DNA of 64,000 nucleotides from a virus (Duplodnaviria; Caudoviricetes): IMG/VR virus record IMGVR_UViG_3300042288_001626; one strand, 5' to 3'. Shown piece by piece: positions 45,027 to 55,648 of this stretch (position 1 is its first letter; each line of letters starts with the position of its first letter). The notes under the pieces were generated by a model. It saw only the letters and a program-made list of their open reading frames with translations, ran no database searches and was not told where the DNA came from. The position numbers and the translations under genes were made by a program.

Positions 45027-47300
45027 TTAAGCGTTAGGAATTTCCCAGTATACTCCGAGAATGCCTATGTTCCCAACATACGAATATGCCGGGAAGGTTG
45101 TGGCCACCCTCATGATTTTAAAATTAACTACAGTATCTTCGTGAATAAATTCCCCAGGTATACTGAACAGAGGGACTTGGGATCCTGCGAGTTCAGTATA
45201 GCCTACCTTAACGGACGTATTGGCTGCGTAGGCAACCGCGAAAGGAGTTAACTCAAATTCAACAGGATTTGTTGTCGGCGTAAATGTCACAAAGTTATCT
45301 ACTTTAGTATAAATAGTAGGAGAAGCTCCGTTATAGGCTGATACAGCGGAATACTCGAACGAAAACGCCACTGTTCTATTTGGAGATGTAGCCAGCCCGT
45401 CGATGTCACCAAACATATGGAAAACAAGATTTAACGGGTTGCCGTTAGAATAGCCTTTAGGTAAAACGATCTTACCCACAAGGCCAACTGGCGTTTGAGA
45501 TGGCGGAGGCAATTTTAAATAAGAAGTAAGCTTAATAAACTCCAGTCTTGAATTTATAGGCTCTATAGAATCTACCTGCCCTGACATCCCTTGACCTCGG
45601 TAAGAAACATTCCACACTCCTGTACCGGCAGCCTGCTCAGTAACGGAAATGCCTCCAACTCCGACAAGTTTAGACACCACAGGGGTAACAACTGTCTTAA
45701 AGGTACCAGAAGGCTTATGGAAAGCCAGAGCAGCGATAGCTCTGTTGGTAGCGTATGACCCAGTTCGAGAAGCAGGGAACTGAGCGACATCTTGAAATAA
45801 AGTGTCCAAATAGCCTACATGATCAAAAACAGGAGTTATATCTACAACCAGATCTCCCGTGGTAGCTGTTTGTGTAGGATTGTCTCTATTATAAAACTTA
45901 ATAAAGTTTCCTGACTTATTGACTTCTGTGTTCGACGTTTGCAGCGAGTGAACTAGCTGCGTTTTCAATGCAGGGTTAAACTGAGAAAAGCTGGTAAATA
46001 TTTTCTTCCTTGAGGAGTCGAGCGAAGTTTTTAGGCTTGTGGAGTCCAGGGCAACTTCAACTTGCTTGAACAGGCCTGCATCGTAGCCAGCTAAAGTGTT
46101 TATAGCCTGTAACACAGTCCATTTAGTCGATCCTACAAATCTCCACATTATGTAGTCACCGGCAGAGGAAAACTCAACAGCTCTGGTGTCTGCTCCTCTG
46201 ATATCATCAAGAGTACAAATAACGTTGGTATAAGTAGGATCTCCAACATACCTCCAACGCAAACAAGGATTCCACAATAAAGTTTGTGCGGTCTGAGGGT
46301 ACTGCGAGGACCATGGTTGATTTCCGGCTGTGTTTGAGTGCCACCACAACCCATACTCATTAATTGAGTATGTTCCTGCGGTGTCGAAGGTATCTTTAAA
46401 TCTGCTCAAGAGGCCGTCAACATACAGTTGAATAAAATTAGAAGGTACCGGAGGCAGATACTTCAGAAGCTCCGAGGCCTCTGCACGTTCGTATATAGAA
46501 AGGCCCGTATCGGTAGCCAATACTTCGGGAGTAGGTATGTTGTAATAAAACAATGCTCCTGGAGGTATGCTTGAAACTCCTGCGGAAGCAGCAGGTATCC
46601 AACCCAGCTTTGTAAGGTCTGGATTAGTAATACTCCATGTCGTATTTAAGACTGGTACACCAGCTACTCTATCAAGGATATTATAGCGGTAATTTATGAA
46701 GAATTGAGAAAACTCAGGAACTACCGTATGTAATAAAAATTTCCTTTTAGATACTGCATAGCCCACATAAACAGGAATACCTGAAGGATCTTTGGTAATT
46801 TTTCCTTTTGATTTAGAAGATAGGAAATAGGGGCCTACAGAAAAAGACTCAACTACACCGTTTATTTGTTGTAATAACCCTAGTTTAGCGTCATCTATAT
46901 CCACGTCAAACTCACACAAACCCTCTGTAAAAACATCAGCAGAGCGTGTACCCAGATAAATGGTTTTAGTAATTCCAAACGAATAATTTGAGTTATTCGC
47001 AGTGAACATGGAAGATGAGCTGGAGGAATTAAACCCTGAAATGCCTTTAGCCAACCCTTCTCCGGAAGCATCCTGCTTGTAATAGGTTAAACTGAGTTCC
47101 CCTACATTAAAAGTCTCATCAGGATGCATAGGCTGATCAAAACTGATCAACACAGACTTCCCAGCGACTTCTTCGAACTTTTCAAAAAGATGCTGATCTC
47201 TCTGAGTTAACTGGTCTATAGGTACATTGACAGTGGCTTGCTCTACAGCCTCACCGTCTTTTATTTTTCTGACTACTGGCAGCCAAGGAGTTAAGCTCAT
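45027..47300 (-). CDS. Baseplate/tail-fibre attachment protein (putative)
   Basis: 757 aa between baseplate wedge genes and the fibre paralogs. Confidence 0.55.
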   Translation of the reverse strand: MSLTPWLPVVRKIKDGEAVEQATVNVPIDQLTQRDQHLFEKFEEVAGKSVLISFDQPMHPDETFNVGELSLTYYKQDASGEGLAKGISGFNSSSSSSMFTANNSNYSFGITKTIYLGTRSADVFTEGLCEFDVDIDDAKLGLLQQINGVVESFSVGPYFLSSKSKGKITKDPSGIPVYVGYAVSKRKFLLHTVVPEFSQFFINYRYNILDRVAGVPVLNTTWSITNPDLTKLGWIPAASAGVSSIPPGALFYYNIPTPEVLATDTGLSIYERAEASELLKYLPPVPSNFIQLYVDGLLSRFKDTFDTAGTYSINEYGLWWHSNTAGNQPWSSQYPQTAQTLLWNPCLRWRYVGDPTYTNVICTLDDIRGADTRAVEFSSAGDYIMWRFVGSTKWTVLQAINTLAGYDAGLFKQVEVALDSTSLKTSLDSSRKKIFTSFSQFNPALKTQLVHSLQTSNTEVNKSGNFIKFYNRDNPTQTATTGDLVVDITPVFDHVGYLDTLFQDVAQFPASRTGSYATNRAIAALAFHKPSGTFKTVVTPVVSKLVGVGGISVTEQAAGTGVWNVSYRGQGMSGQVDSIEPINSRLEFIKLTSYLKLPPPSQTPVGLVGKIVLPKGYSNGNPLNLVFHMFGDIDGLATSPNRTVAFSFEYSAVSAYNGASPTIYTKVDNFVTFTPTTNPVEFELTPFAVAYAANTSVKVGYTELAGSQVPLFSIPGEFIHEDTVVNFKIMRVATTFPAYSYVGNIGILGVYWEIPNA

Positions 47301-47304
47301 AATA

Positions 47305-47871
47305 TTAATTTGGAAGAATAGTTCTTACTCCCCAAGTAATGGTGAAGTTGTAGTTGTCGTTGTACTGTATTGCAGTAAAATTAGTTCTAGAAAAAACCGT
47401 ATCAGTAAGAGGATTGCTCTCGTCCGAGACAGAAACTAGTGCGACCTCGTATATCTTACTGCTGGTGTCGAATACCGCTCCTCCTGCTGCTTGAGCTGTA
47501 GTAATCATTGTGGAAAACAATACAGTATTCTGGTCGTAGCCTGCAGAAGAGGAATATATAGGAGAAAAGGTGAGAGGCTCTCTCAGGTAGCCAAACGGAG
47601 CAGAGAAACTGGTGAACGGGGCCGAATAATCTACATCAATACCTGGAGGGTTAAAAGTACCTGCCGAGTTGTTATAGCCTATATACATACCCCATATTTT
47701 GGCGGACGGATCTCCTCCCAAAGCCCGAGCAATTAGTTTTGCTCCGCCTTTCAGGATAGTATTATTCTTATCCACTATTAGGGATGATTCGCCAGTAACC
47801 TTATCATGCTTCCAGACCTGAATAAACCCTGTTAAAGCTTTATTAACGCTTAAAATTTCTGATGTTGACAT
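47305..47871 (-). CDS. Tail-collar/baseplate protein (DUF3751-like)
   Basis: NTILKGGAKLIARALGG...EVALV...VFSR...TITW pattern. Confidence 0.55.
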   Translation of the reverse strand: MSTSEILSVNKALTGFIQVWKHDKVTGESSLIVDKNNTILKGGAKLIARALGGDPSAKIWGMYIGYNNSAGTFNPPGIDVDYSAPFTSFSAPFGYLREPLTFSPIYSSSAGYDQNTVLFSTMITTAQAAGGAVFDTSSKIYEVALVSVSDESNPLTDTVFSRTNFTAIQYNDNYNFTITWGVRTILPN

Positions 47872-47877
47872 AGAGTA

Positions 47878-47906
47878 AGTATATTTAAGATTTCACTAGA
47901 AGTCGA
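47878..47906 (-). promoter_or_regulatory. Sigma70-type promoter predicted to give a leaderless mRNA
   Basis: TCGACT-N17-TATACT-N6-ATG(47871). Confidence 0.5.
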
Positions 47907-49773
47907 TTAATAAGATACTTTGAACTTCTTTGGTTGAAGGGCCTCTTGGAGGTTCTCCAGGGTTATTGACTATCTTCGGGATATAAGAACGAAGCAGTCC
48001 TGTTCTTATCCCTGTAGCTGTAGACCCTTTTGTTTTAGTGTTGTTAATATCCAAATCGTCGAGATTAGATATATTAGAAAATTTATCTGTTCCGTCGGCA
48101 TGGAGTGGCTGTCCTTGTCTGAATGGTCCTAGAGAGATGCAGAACAGCCTATTCACGTAATCTTTATAATAATTTTTATCTGTTACGTTACCTGGACGAG
48201 CTCCTGGACTGCTGATTAGATTTCCTGACAGATCATACACAGGCATGTTTACGGAGCCGTCTGCACAAAATTGCTGATTACCAAAGCCAGGAATAGTGAG
48301 ACCTCTGTTCAAAGTTGACAGTTCGTCTGTAGCTAACTGAAACGCAACACTAACTAAAATAAAAACATGAGGAGGCAAAAACCTCTGTATTGATGGAAGA
48401 AGATCAAAAAATAGACTAAGCTCTCCCTCGGAGTAAAACTTCAACTTCAGCAAGATTGTATTATTTTTTAAAAAATTCGAGAACACGAAGTTTAAAGGAT
48501 TTATAGCTGTCCTTGCAGGAGTGTCTTTATCTAGATGCAAAGCCTTCAGCAAAATTTCTTTGTTTTCGGGCAAATTGAGCCTCGCATTGAACAGAGCTAC
48601 ATCGGCTGGATTGCCTACCACAGGGAAAACAAATCCTTCTTCCGGGGTGTAGTCTACAAAATTTTCTGCATTCTCGAAAAGTAGTTGATGTTGATTGTCG
48701 ATTGCAAAAACATGCTTCGGCAAAGCCACTCTAGGAGATTCAAATTCCCGCAGCCACCAAACAGGATCTATCACAGAATCAACAAACTTAACAGAGTCAG
48801 TCAAACACTCACCAGCATACAATGTATCTCCTAAAGAAATAGAGTAATTGGGTTCCACATAAACTGGATATTTATAGGTGTTCTTGTCGGTAATTACATA
48901 CCTATACATGTCGTCTGCATACATGTCTGTAACAGTCTCAGTGGAAGACAACACCGAAGGACTCTTACAGAGTATAGAAAAAACAGCATTCAGTGCAGAT
49001 ATTGTTGGACCTCCCACAGCAAGGGACATAACCGTTTCAAGCAGCTGCTTATACTGCACTGACGAAGGAAGCCTTATGTCAAACAACTGTCCGAAGTTTA
49101 AATACAGCTGATCCTCATCTATTTTTGCTGTATAGGCCCAGAGTATCAGGAATTCGTCCTGCACTACCTTTCCTGAAGAATCTGTATACGTAGCTCTGTC
49201 TCCTGAATCGTCAAAAAGAGCAGCCTTCGGTAATGAGGGAGTATTAAACAGGTCCTGGTTAAAGTACATTACACCTTTCTCAAAAACAACATCAACTCCA
49301 GGAACCAGTATAAGGGAAGGAGATATGATTCTATTCGTGAGAAGACCGAAAGAGTGTAAACCGATTTTTGGAGTAAAACTAAAATACGCTTTGTTTGCAG
49401 ACTCTTTTGAGAATCCAAACCTGAATAACTGACCTGCATAAGCTTTATTGTCTGGCGGCTGAATACCAAAGACTGCCTCGCCTGGTTCAAAGACAAACGG
49501 ACTACGGTTAAACTCTGACTTTTTAATCACTATAGGCTTCCAGCGTACTGTGTGAAAAACATCTATATGTTTAACAGATAGAGAATTTACTGTCTCCGTA
49601 AGTCTATAGTAAGACTGAATGAGTTCCTCCGCCATTCCGGCAGTGTAGCCTCTCAAGGCTTCCTGATCTTGGAATACTTGCGTCCAAAAGGTACCTAAGG
49701 CTCTATACAGATATTGTCCGTCAATAGCCCCTCCACCTGACGGGTAATTTTTTGATAAAAAATCAGCAAGCAT
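47896..49773 (-). CDS. Baseplate wedge protein (gp7/gpI-like, putative)
   Basis: Follows the baseplate J-like gene; LGTFW..VF...GPT motifs. Confidence 0.6.
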   Translation of the reverse strand: MLADFLSKNYPSGGGAIDGQYLYRALGTFWTQVFQDQEALRGYTAGMAEELIQSYYRLTETVNSLSVKHIDVFHTVRWKPIVIKKSEFNRSPFVFEPGEAVFGIQPPDNKAYAGQLFRFGFSKESANKAYFSFTPKIGLHSFGLLTNRIISPSLILVPGVDVVFEKGVMYFNQDLFNTPSLPKAALFDDSGDRATYTDSSGKVVQDEFLILWAYTAKIDEDQLYLNFGQLFDIRLPSSVQYKQLLETVMSLAVGGPTISALNAVFSILCKSPSVLSSTETVTDMYADDMYRYVITDKNTYKYPVYVEPNYSISLGDTLYAGECLTDSVKFVDSVIDPVWWLREFESPRVALPKHVFAIDNQHQLLFENAENFVDYTPEEGFVFPVVGNPADVALFNARLNLPENKEILLKALHLDKDTPARTAINPLNFVFSNFLKNNTILLKLKFYSEGELSLFFDLLPSIQRFLPPHVFILVSVAFQLATDELSTLNRGLTIPGFGNQQFCADGSVNMPVYDLSGNLISSPGARPGNVTDKNYYKDYVNRLFCISLGPFRQGQPLHADGTDKFSNISNLDDLDINNTKTKGSTATGIRTGLLRSYIPKIVNNPGEPPRGPSTKEVQSILLIDF

Positions 49774-49777
49774 AAGT

Positions 49778-51403
49778 TTAAACTATACTCAAACCTATAT
49801 TATCTATTACTGACGAGTTTGGATTGGTGGCGTCATAGTAATCTATAAAATAGGCTGTGGTTTTTGGAGATATACCGTTCGAGAGATTGGTAGGAATGGA
49901 AAGAACATCGCTATCATTCAGGTACTGCGCACCAGAAGTGCCATCGTCATTCACGTACAATATAACTCCTGACATCTTTATGGGAAGGTCTACCCTTTTA
50001 ATGTCGTAGTTATGACACATGTCGATAATGGTGGATGCATACAACTCTCCTCCGAAAGGAATTGTGTTTATATAATTAAAGATATCTTTCTTGAGTTGTG
50101 CTAGTCCTAGGCTAGCTGCGTCGTCGGTAGGTTTCTTCTTAACAAGGTTAATGTTTAAAGAGACCATACAAGGAGTGACTGCTTTCACTAGATAATCTGC
50201 ACAGGCAAGTCTCTCAGAGTCTGAAAGCAGCAAGTCTTGAATCTCGAGAATGTTGGGTTGATAGGAAGCTTCGACAATAAAATCTGCATACTCTCCCTGA
50301 GCTACAGAAGGATAACCGTCATAAGTAAATGAGAGGGTCGCAGTCTGATACTTGGTAAATCTTGCATCGGTTACTGAAAAAATTTCGTTATTTCTGCTAT
50401 TTGGGTAAGTTGCCTTACCGTATACTGTAGAAAAAACTAAAGAGCCTGTAAGATTGAGGACTGTCGAAGCAGGAATAAGGGAAATTATGCGATAAAACCC
50501 TGGGATGTCGGTACCCAGCATTTCGAGAGTCCAGGTATTGTTGCTTCCTTTTTTAGCCTGTTTGGTTATGTGAGTAATTGCAGGACCTACGCTTGTACGA
50601 ACATACACGTCAGCTTTCCCGAACGTGGCCAGTCCAAGTACATTTTGTTTCGACCTGGTTAATTCTGTGTCGTTAGCTCCGCAGACAGATAAAGACTGGA
50701 AGGAAGGAAACTCTGCACGGAGACGGTTAGCTATACCTGCAGCAGACTCAAACCTAGAGCTACCTAAACTGTATTTTATTTTGGAGACTAGCTGCTTATC
50801 TGTCTCTGGTGCGCTACCAGAAGAAAAATTTCCGTAAGCGGCTGCTCCTACGAAGTCGTTAATAAAGTTCGTGTCACTCAGGCTGAATACGGTGCCTGAA
50901 GGAACCTGGTACTCAGCACCAGAATATTCGGCCTCAACATCCAGCAAAAAGTAGTACATTCCTTGATTCTCATATAGCTGGATTTCAGAAAATAAAGCAG
51001 ACGGGGTTGGGCTGATACGTGTATCCGCCACCAGCAAGTAGCTCAAATTTAATGCAGGCTGTATAAATGTTAGTCCTGCTCTAAACACGTATTCGTTAGG
51101 TTCACTCACAGTGACCTTTATTTTGCCTTTAACTTTGACTCCTGAACTTCTCGAAACATTATAGTTTGAGGCGATCAAGTCCATAGCTACGCTACGACTA
51201 TCTGAGGTAGCCGTCATTACTGAAGAAATTGAATTACTCTGCGAAAGAGCTAGAATCTCGTTGTACTGCTGATTTTGTATTTCTGCCGCTAGCTTCAAAA
51301 GAAGCTCACTAATAACCGAACCAGGCCCTGTGTCTATATCCGCATAAGATTGCGATATGAACGCAGTCAATCTGTCTAAGGTATCTTGTTTAAGTTCTGC
51401 CAT
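49778..51403 (-). CDS. Baseplate J/gp6-like wedge protein
   Basis: DTGPGSVISELL, GAEYQV, ETDKQL, GKADVYV. Confidence 0.8.
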   Translation of the reverse strand: MAELKQDTLDRLTAFISQSYADIDTGPGSVISELLLKLAAEIQNQQYNEILALSQSNSISSVMTATSDSRSVAMDLIASNYNVSRSSGVKVKGKIKVTVSEPNEYVFRAGLTFIQPALNLSYLLVADTRISPTPSALFSEIQLYENQGMYYFLLDVEAEYSGAEYQVPSGTVFSLSDTNFINDFVGAAAYGNFSSGSAPETDKQLVSKIKYSLGSSRFESAAGIANRLRAEFPSFQSLSVCGANDTELTRSKQNVLGLATFGKADVYVRTSVGPAITHITKQAKKGSNNTWTLEMLGTDIPGFYRIISLIPASTVLNLTGSLVFSTVYGKATYPNSRNNEIFSVTDARFTKYQTATLSFTYDGYPSVAQGEYADFIVEASYQPNILEIQDLLLSDSERLACADYLVKAVTPCMVSLNINLVKKKPTDDAASLGLAQLKKDIFNYINTIPFGGELYASTIIDMCHNYDIKRVDLPIKMSGVILYVNDDGTSGAQYLNDSDVLSIPTNLSNGISPKTTAYFIDYYDATNPNSSVIDNIGLSIV

Positions 51404-51407
51404 ATGG

Positions 51408-51929
51408 TTATTTAGGTAAAGGAAGCAGGAACGGTATGGTGCTTCCTGCTTCTGTCGTAATTTCTACACTGAAAGTGGCGACTCCAGAAGCCAATACCAC
51501 GTCAACCAGTTCAGCAGAAACAATCCGCTCATCCGTCGGAGTTGTAGGATTATTGGTCTGATACTCAATCAGTGTATTTACGGCTTTGTAGCTTGCGATT
51601 GTAAATAGCTGGGAAGCTCGAAGAGTGTCTACAGGAGACAGTCCTTCCTGAATAGAGTATAGGAAGGTTGTCCCAAAAGAAGGGAACCCTATTTGAGAAC
51701 CTACGTTAGTTAACAGAATAATAGCGTATTTCTGAATCAGTTTTTGTACCCCTGCACAAAACCTAGTGGTCTTACCGAAAGAAGGAGCAACTATGTTAGG
51801 ATAAGTGTCTATTTGAGTTAGTGTCCAAGCAGAAGACGACTCGGCAGAGTTATACGGATTAGGATACTGTAAAATACTAATATCCTTTGTCCTGTTTGTA
51901 TAATCGGTGCTTATCGTAGATATGGCCAT
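51408..51929 (-). CDS. gp25-like baseplate/sheath initiator
   Basis: GVQKLIQ...LLT..GS....FGT pattern; position before the J-like gene. Confidence 0.7.
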   Translation of the reverse strand: MAISTISTDYTNRTKDISILQYPNPYNSAESSSAWTLTQIDTYPNIVAPSFGKTTRFCAGVQKLIQKYAIILLTNVGSQIGFPSFGTTFLYSIQEGLSPVDTLRASQLFTIASYKAVNTLIEYQTNNPTTPTDERIVSAELVDVVLASGVATFSVEITTEAGSTIPFLLPLPK

Positions 51930-51931
51930 AG

Positions 51932-52351
51932 CTAGTTCTTATCCATTTGTTTTTTAAACTCACCTAGCACACCCATGGACTGTCCTACGGTGCGCATATT
52001 TCTTTGTCCTTTTTGGGCTAGGTCATCCCTGTAATAGTGCATCCTACCTTTAAACCGTTGAACAAAACACTTATTGAAGCTGTACAGAGCAGATATCTCT
52101 ATTTTGAGTGCGCTTATTCCTAATCTAGCCGACTCCTTCTCCTCTTTGACTCTTCGAGTAAACTTATCGTTCAAATCCTCACGATCTACAAATTCTCTTA
52201 AATTTTCTAGTTTTAAGTCGTCTGAATAGCTTAAAGCCTGTAGAGCCCACAATCTCCCTTCTGAGTCGTTTGCCAGGCGTCTTTCAGGCACCTGTTTTTC
52301 GAACCAGTCTTTTATTTTAGTTATTAGCTTATTTAATGTTGTGATAGCCAT
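51932..52351 (-). CDS. Hypothetical protein
   Basis: 139 aa in the baseplate string. Confidence 0.65.
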   Translation of the reverse strand: MAITTLNKLITKIKDWFEKQVPERRLANDSEGRLWALQALSYSDDLKLENLREFVDREDLNDKFTRRVKEEKESARLGISALKIEISALYSFNKCFVQRFKGRMHYYRDDLAQKGQRNMRTVGQSMGVLGEFKKQMDKN

Positions 52352-52983
52352 TATTTCCAGCCCTTAGCTAGCGTCGTATTTATTACCTTAATTCTATTAT
52401 TTAATGTGCTTGTAGACAAATTTAATTTACGAGCAATAGCTGAGTTGTCTAGTGTAGGCTTACCTCCAAAGCCTGTTTTATGCTCAAAGATAAGTTTATC
52501 TGTGTCTGATAGGTCGTGATACACAAACTGCACCCACTCATCGTTAGCATGCTCAAAAAGAGTAGGAGCTTCGAACAAAGAAGATATTCCTGTGCTTACC
52601 TTCTTGGTGGATAGGGTGTTTACAACTGCTTTTGTGCTCATCCCTGAGTGATGCGACAGCTCCTCTACGGTAGGAGACCTCCCTAGCGTATGCTCAAGGT
52701 CTTTTTCAAGCTTCTGTATTTTGTTCAATCCGAACTGCACATTTTCTGGAGTCCTTACTACTCCTCCGTATTTCGTGGACATTCGTGATAGCTTCTTCAG
52801 ATTGTTTACAAGATGCGTGCTGAATTTATAGCCAGAATTAGGGTTGTAGGATTTTGCGGCTTCTCTGGCAAGCTTGTAGGCTTCAATTTGTACAGAGATC
52901 AGAGGTAAGTTGGTAGCATGTCTGGCAGCCTCCAACTCAATTAGCCTCTTGTTGTCACTAATCAATTGCTCTATATTGTTCAT
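52351..52983 (-). CDS. Phage sigma70-family sigma factor
   Basis: Region 2 AAKSYNPNSGYKFSTHL, region 3 LGRSPTVEELS, region 4 HTH SAIARKLNLS. Confidence 0.82.
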   Translation of the reverse strand: MNNIEQLISDNKRLIELEAARHATNLPLISVQIEAYKLAREAAKSYNPNSGYKFSTHLVNNLKKLSRMSTKYGGVVRTPENVQFGLNKIQKLEKDLEHTLGRSPTVEELSHHSGMSTKAVVNTLSTKKVSTGISSLFEAPTLFEHANDEWVQFVYHDLSDTDKLIFEHKTGFGGKPTLDNSAIARKLNLSTSTLNNRIKVINTTLAKGWK

Positions 52984-52988
52984 GAGTA

Positions 52989-54683
52989 TTAAGAACCTCC
53001 TATGTCTGATAAGAAAGCTGCCTGAATTGCTTTTTCTTTGGCCAGATTATAGCCTAAATACATGTCTTGTTCAACACCTGGAGGAGAGGCTCCTACCCGA
53101 CCGCAGCAAAAAGTAATAGATGTCATGGCTGTTCCGTTATGAGGAGCTCCCATCTCTATTCTATGAGTTACTCCAGTAACATAAAAAGCTACAAACGTTC
53201 CGGTTTCGCGAACATATAAACTCCCACTTGTCCCCGGCACCCACTTAGGATTAAAATCTAATGTTATCGACCCCTGCCTGTCACCATAGCGAGCTTGATA
53301 GTATTTTGTTTCCGCGTAATTTTTGAGGACATCTCGAAGGCTTGCCACAAACCTCTGATCCTTCTTTTCTTGCCGAGCTACCAACCCTTCCTGCTTGGCT
53401 TTCTTTGCTGACTCATAATCTCCTGCTCCTTGCAGATCTTTTTTTGCCGAGTCCGCAGACTGCTTCATCACCTTCGCATCCTCAGTAGTGGATGAATACG
53501 GAGAGTATAACATAAAGGGATGAGCATTAACAACCAGGACTCCAGATGCCTGAGTTAGATTATTTTCATCAGAATAGTGTGCGAGATCTCCTCTTGCGAA
53601 ATTGCCTGAGCCTACGATGTCGGTGCTCCCCTTCAGTCCTCGAGTAGATACAATAACATGAGCGATATCTCGGTATCCATTGTCTGAATACGAGTAACCG
53701 CTGTAGTCGGCAGGATACGCTTGATTTATGTTCTGCTGCAGTTGTTTTGGTCCTGGCGTAGTGTACTCTTGCTTCAGTACAGAATTTATCGGAACCACAA
53801 ACATTTTTTCATTACCGAAAATCAATGTGCATCCCATTGTAGACAGAAAGCCCATATAATTCTCCAACAAAATATTGGACCCTCCTATAAAGAGTCTCTT
53901 CATTTCACTAAGAATTTCTGAAGCTCCTGTACGACTGCCGAGTGCTCCACCACTCACAGCAGTCAAATCAATATTGTCGAAAAGCTTTTTTGCTCTAGTA
54001 AGTGCTTTTTGATACCTAGAGTCGCTGAATATCCTGTCAAAAGGAATTTGTCCGTCAACCAATACGTTTCTACCTATAAAAGTTTTCCAGCCTGACTGCT
54101 GCTTCTCAATAATAAGCTGCATCAACTTTGTGTATACTTCTATTGGCGTGTACTTGGAAGGGTCAAGAGACTTGTCGCCTGCAGTCAAGCGTATCCATAG
54201 AGATGTGGCCGCGTCGTCGCCTCCTTGAGGGTTAGCGATCTGAGAAAAAGATGGGTTTTTATAAATATTTACCGAGGTTGGATAGAGCCCCGGCATGTAT
54301 GTTGTAAGCTCTAACAAGGTCTGTGCCTTACCTTTCAGGACTGCTTGATATGAGTTTCCTCCTACCAGATTACTTAGAGATAGTCCGTCCAACAGTCCTA
54401 CGAACTTCAGGGTTCTGGTCGTTTTAGTTGCAGAGGCTCTGGTGGCTCCGACCCAGCTAGCTACCTTTAAATCAACAGAAACATCCTGTTTTCTTTTTTC
54501 ACCGTCAACGTCTCGAAGTACTCCAGTCGCGTTGCCCCATATTTTTATAACTCCAGGATAGTCTGGAGCCAAATCAATGTGTGCGGTAGGTACGTGTCCA
54601 AGCTGATACGATACGGTTATGCCCGTAGGAGTTACTCCTGATATCCCTGACAGCTTTAATGTTACGTCGCTTTGCTTAGCCAT
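52989..54683 (-). CDS. Baseplate hub (gp27/gpD-like)
   Basis: N-terminal beta module LKFVGLLD; C-terminal GSITLDFNP...PG...FYVTGVTH. Confidence 0.65.
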   Translation of the reverse strand: MAKQSDVTLKLSGISGVTPTGITVSYQLGHVPTAHIDLAPDYPGVIKIWGNATGVLRDVDGEKRKQDVSVDLKVASWVGATRASATKTTRTLKFVGLLDGLSLSNLVGGNSYQAVLKGKAQTLLELTTYMPGLYPTSVNIYKNPSFSQIANPQGGDDAATSLWIRLTAGDKSLDPSKYTPIEVYTKLMQLIIEKQQSGWKTFIGRNVLVDGQIPFDRIFSDSRYQKALTRAKKLFDNIDLTAVSGGALGSRTGASEILSEMKRLFIGGSNILLENYMGFLSTMGCTLIFGNEKMFVVPINSVLKQEYTTPGPKQLQQNINQAYPADYSGYSYSDNGYRDIAHVIVSTRGLKGSTDIVGSGNFARGDLAHYSDENNLTQASGVLVVNAHPFMLYSPYSSTTEDAKVMKQSADSAKKDLQGAGDYESAKKAKQEGLVARQEKKDQRFVASLRDVLKNYAETKYYQARYGDRQGSITLDFNPKWVPGTSGSLYVRETGTFVAFYVTGVTHRIEMGAPHNGTAMTSITFCCGRVGASPPGVEQDMYLGYNLAKEKAIQAAFLSDIGGS

Positions 54684-55639
54684 ACAGAATTTACTCTATC
54701 TACGTAGGCTAACAGTAATACTGCTAGCTTGTACACATTGTTATGGTGAGTGTTCCAGATATTCCTGTAATTTGTGTCATGCGAACTGTCATGGAAATCC
54801 AGCATAGAGTCAACCGTCAAATACCTGGTATTTAAATCGTTATAGAGTTTAAAGAAATCGAAAGAATACGGAAGATCTACAGAAAAAGTCCAGGTCTTAG
54901 CTAGTCCTGCCAGGAACCCGAACTGAGGATCATTAAATTTTCCAGTGATTGTGAATGATAGTCCGGTATCGCCTATAGCTACAGGTAAGCTAGAACTGGG
55001 TGAAGAGGAAGACTGTATGGGCACATCCATATCTATACCTAGCTTTGAAGGAGCTTTGCCTGCTTTGTAGTACAATTCTCGCTCAGGACAGTAGATTCGA
55101 ACTGAGGAAGTTCCAGGTATCTGCGTTATTATAAAATTCAGCACATTTGATATGTCTGAGTTTAAAAAAGTTGTTTTTCCTGTAACCAATAAGTCGTAAT
55201 GCGGAGAACTACTAGCTGCTGGATTTACTTTAAACGGTTTGCGATAATCAGATATAGAATCCAGATCATAGCTTATGCGAGAATCGTAGCGAGCCACCGC
55301 ATCGGCCTGGTCTGTGGTTGAAATTAGCCTCAAGTAACAGTAGAGCAGAAACTCTTTAAAATAAATGGAAGAATCTGTAGGAAAAAGGATATCGTAAAAA
55401 TTTTTTAAAGCGGTAGGCAGCACTATGGGCACATAGTTTCTGGATATAAACTTACTGTCTCTAGAAAAAAAGCCTTCGACAGGATAGCTTGCGTTTGAGG
55501 CCAGCAATTTACCAAAAGACGTGACTATCACATTGCCGAAAGAGTCTGCCAATGCATAGTTTTGTGTAATTTTTTGAGTTATAGATATATACTCAAAAGA
55601 AGAAATATTAGCCAGTAATGTAGCAAAATGATTTACCAT
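54662..55639 (-). CDS. Hypothetical tail protein
   Basis: 325 aa in the tail string. Confidence 0.6.
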   Translation of the reverse strand: MVNHFATLLANISSFEYISITQKITQNYALADSFGNVIVTSFGKLLASNASYPVEGFFSRDSKFISRNYVPIVLPTALKNFYDILFPTDSSIYFKEFLLYCYLRLISTTDQADAVARYDSRISYDLDSISDYRKPFKVNPAASSSPHYDLLVTGKTTFLNSDISNVLNFIITQIPGTSSVRIYCPERELYYKAGKAPSKLGIDMDVPIQSSSSPSSSLPVAIGDTGLSFTITGKFNDPQFGFLAGLAKTWTFSVDLPYSFDFFKLYNDLNTRYLTVDSMLDFHDSSHDTNYRNIWNTHHNNVYKLAVLLLAYVDRVNSVWLSKAT

Positions 55640-55648
55640 AAGTCTATA

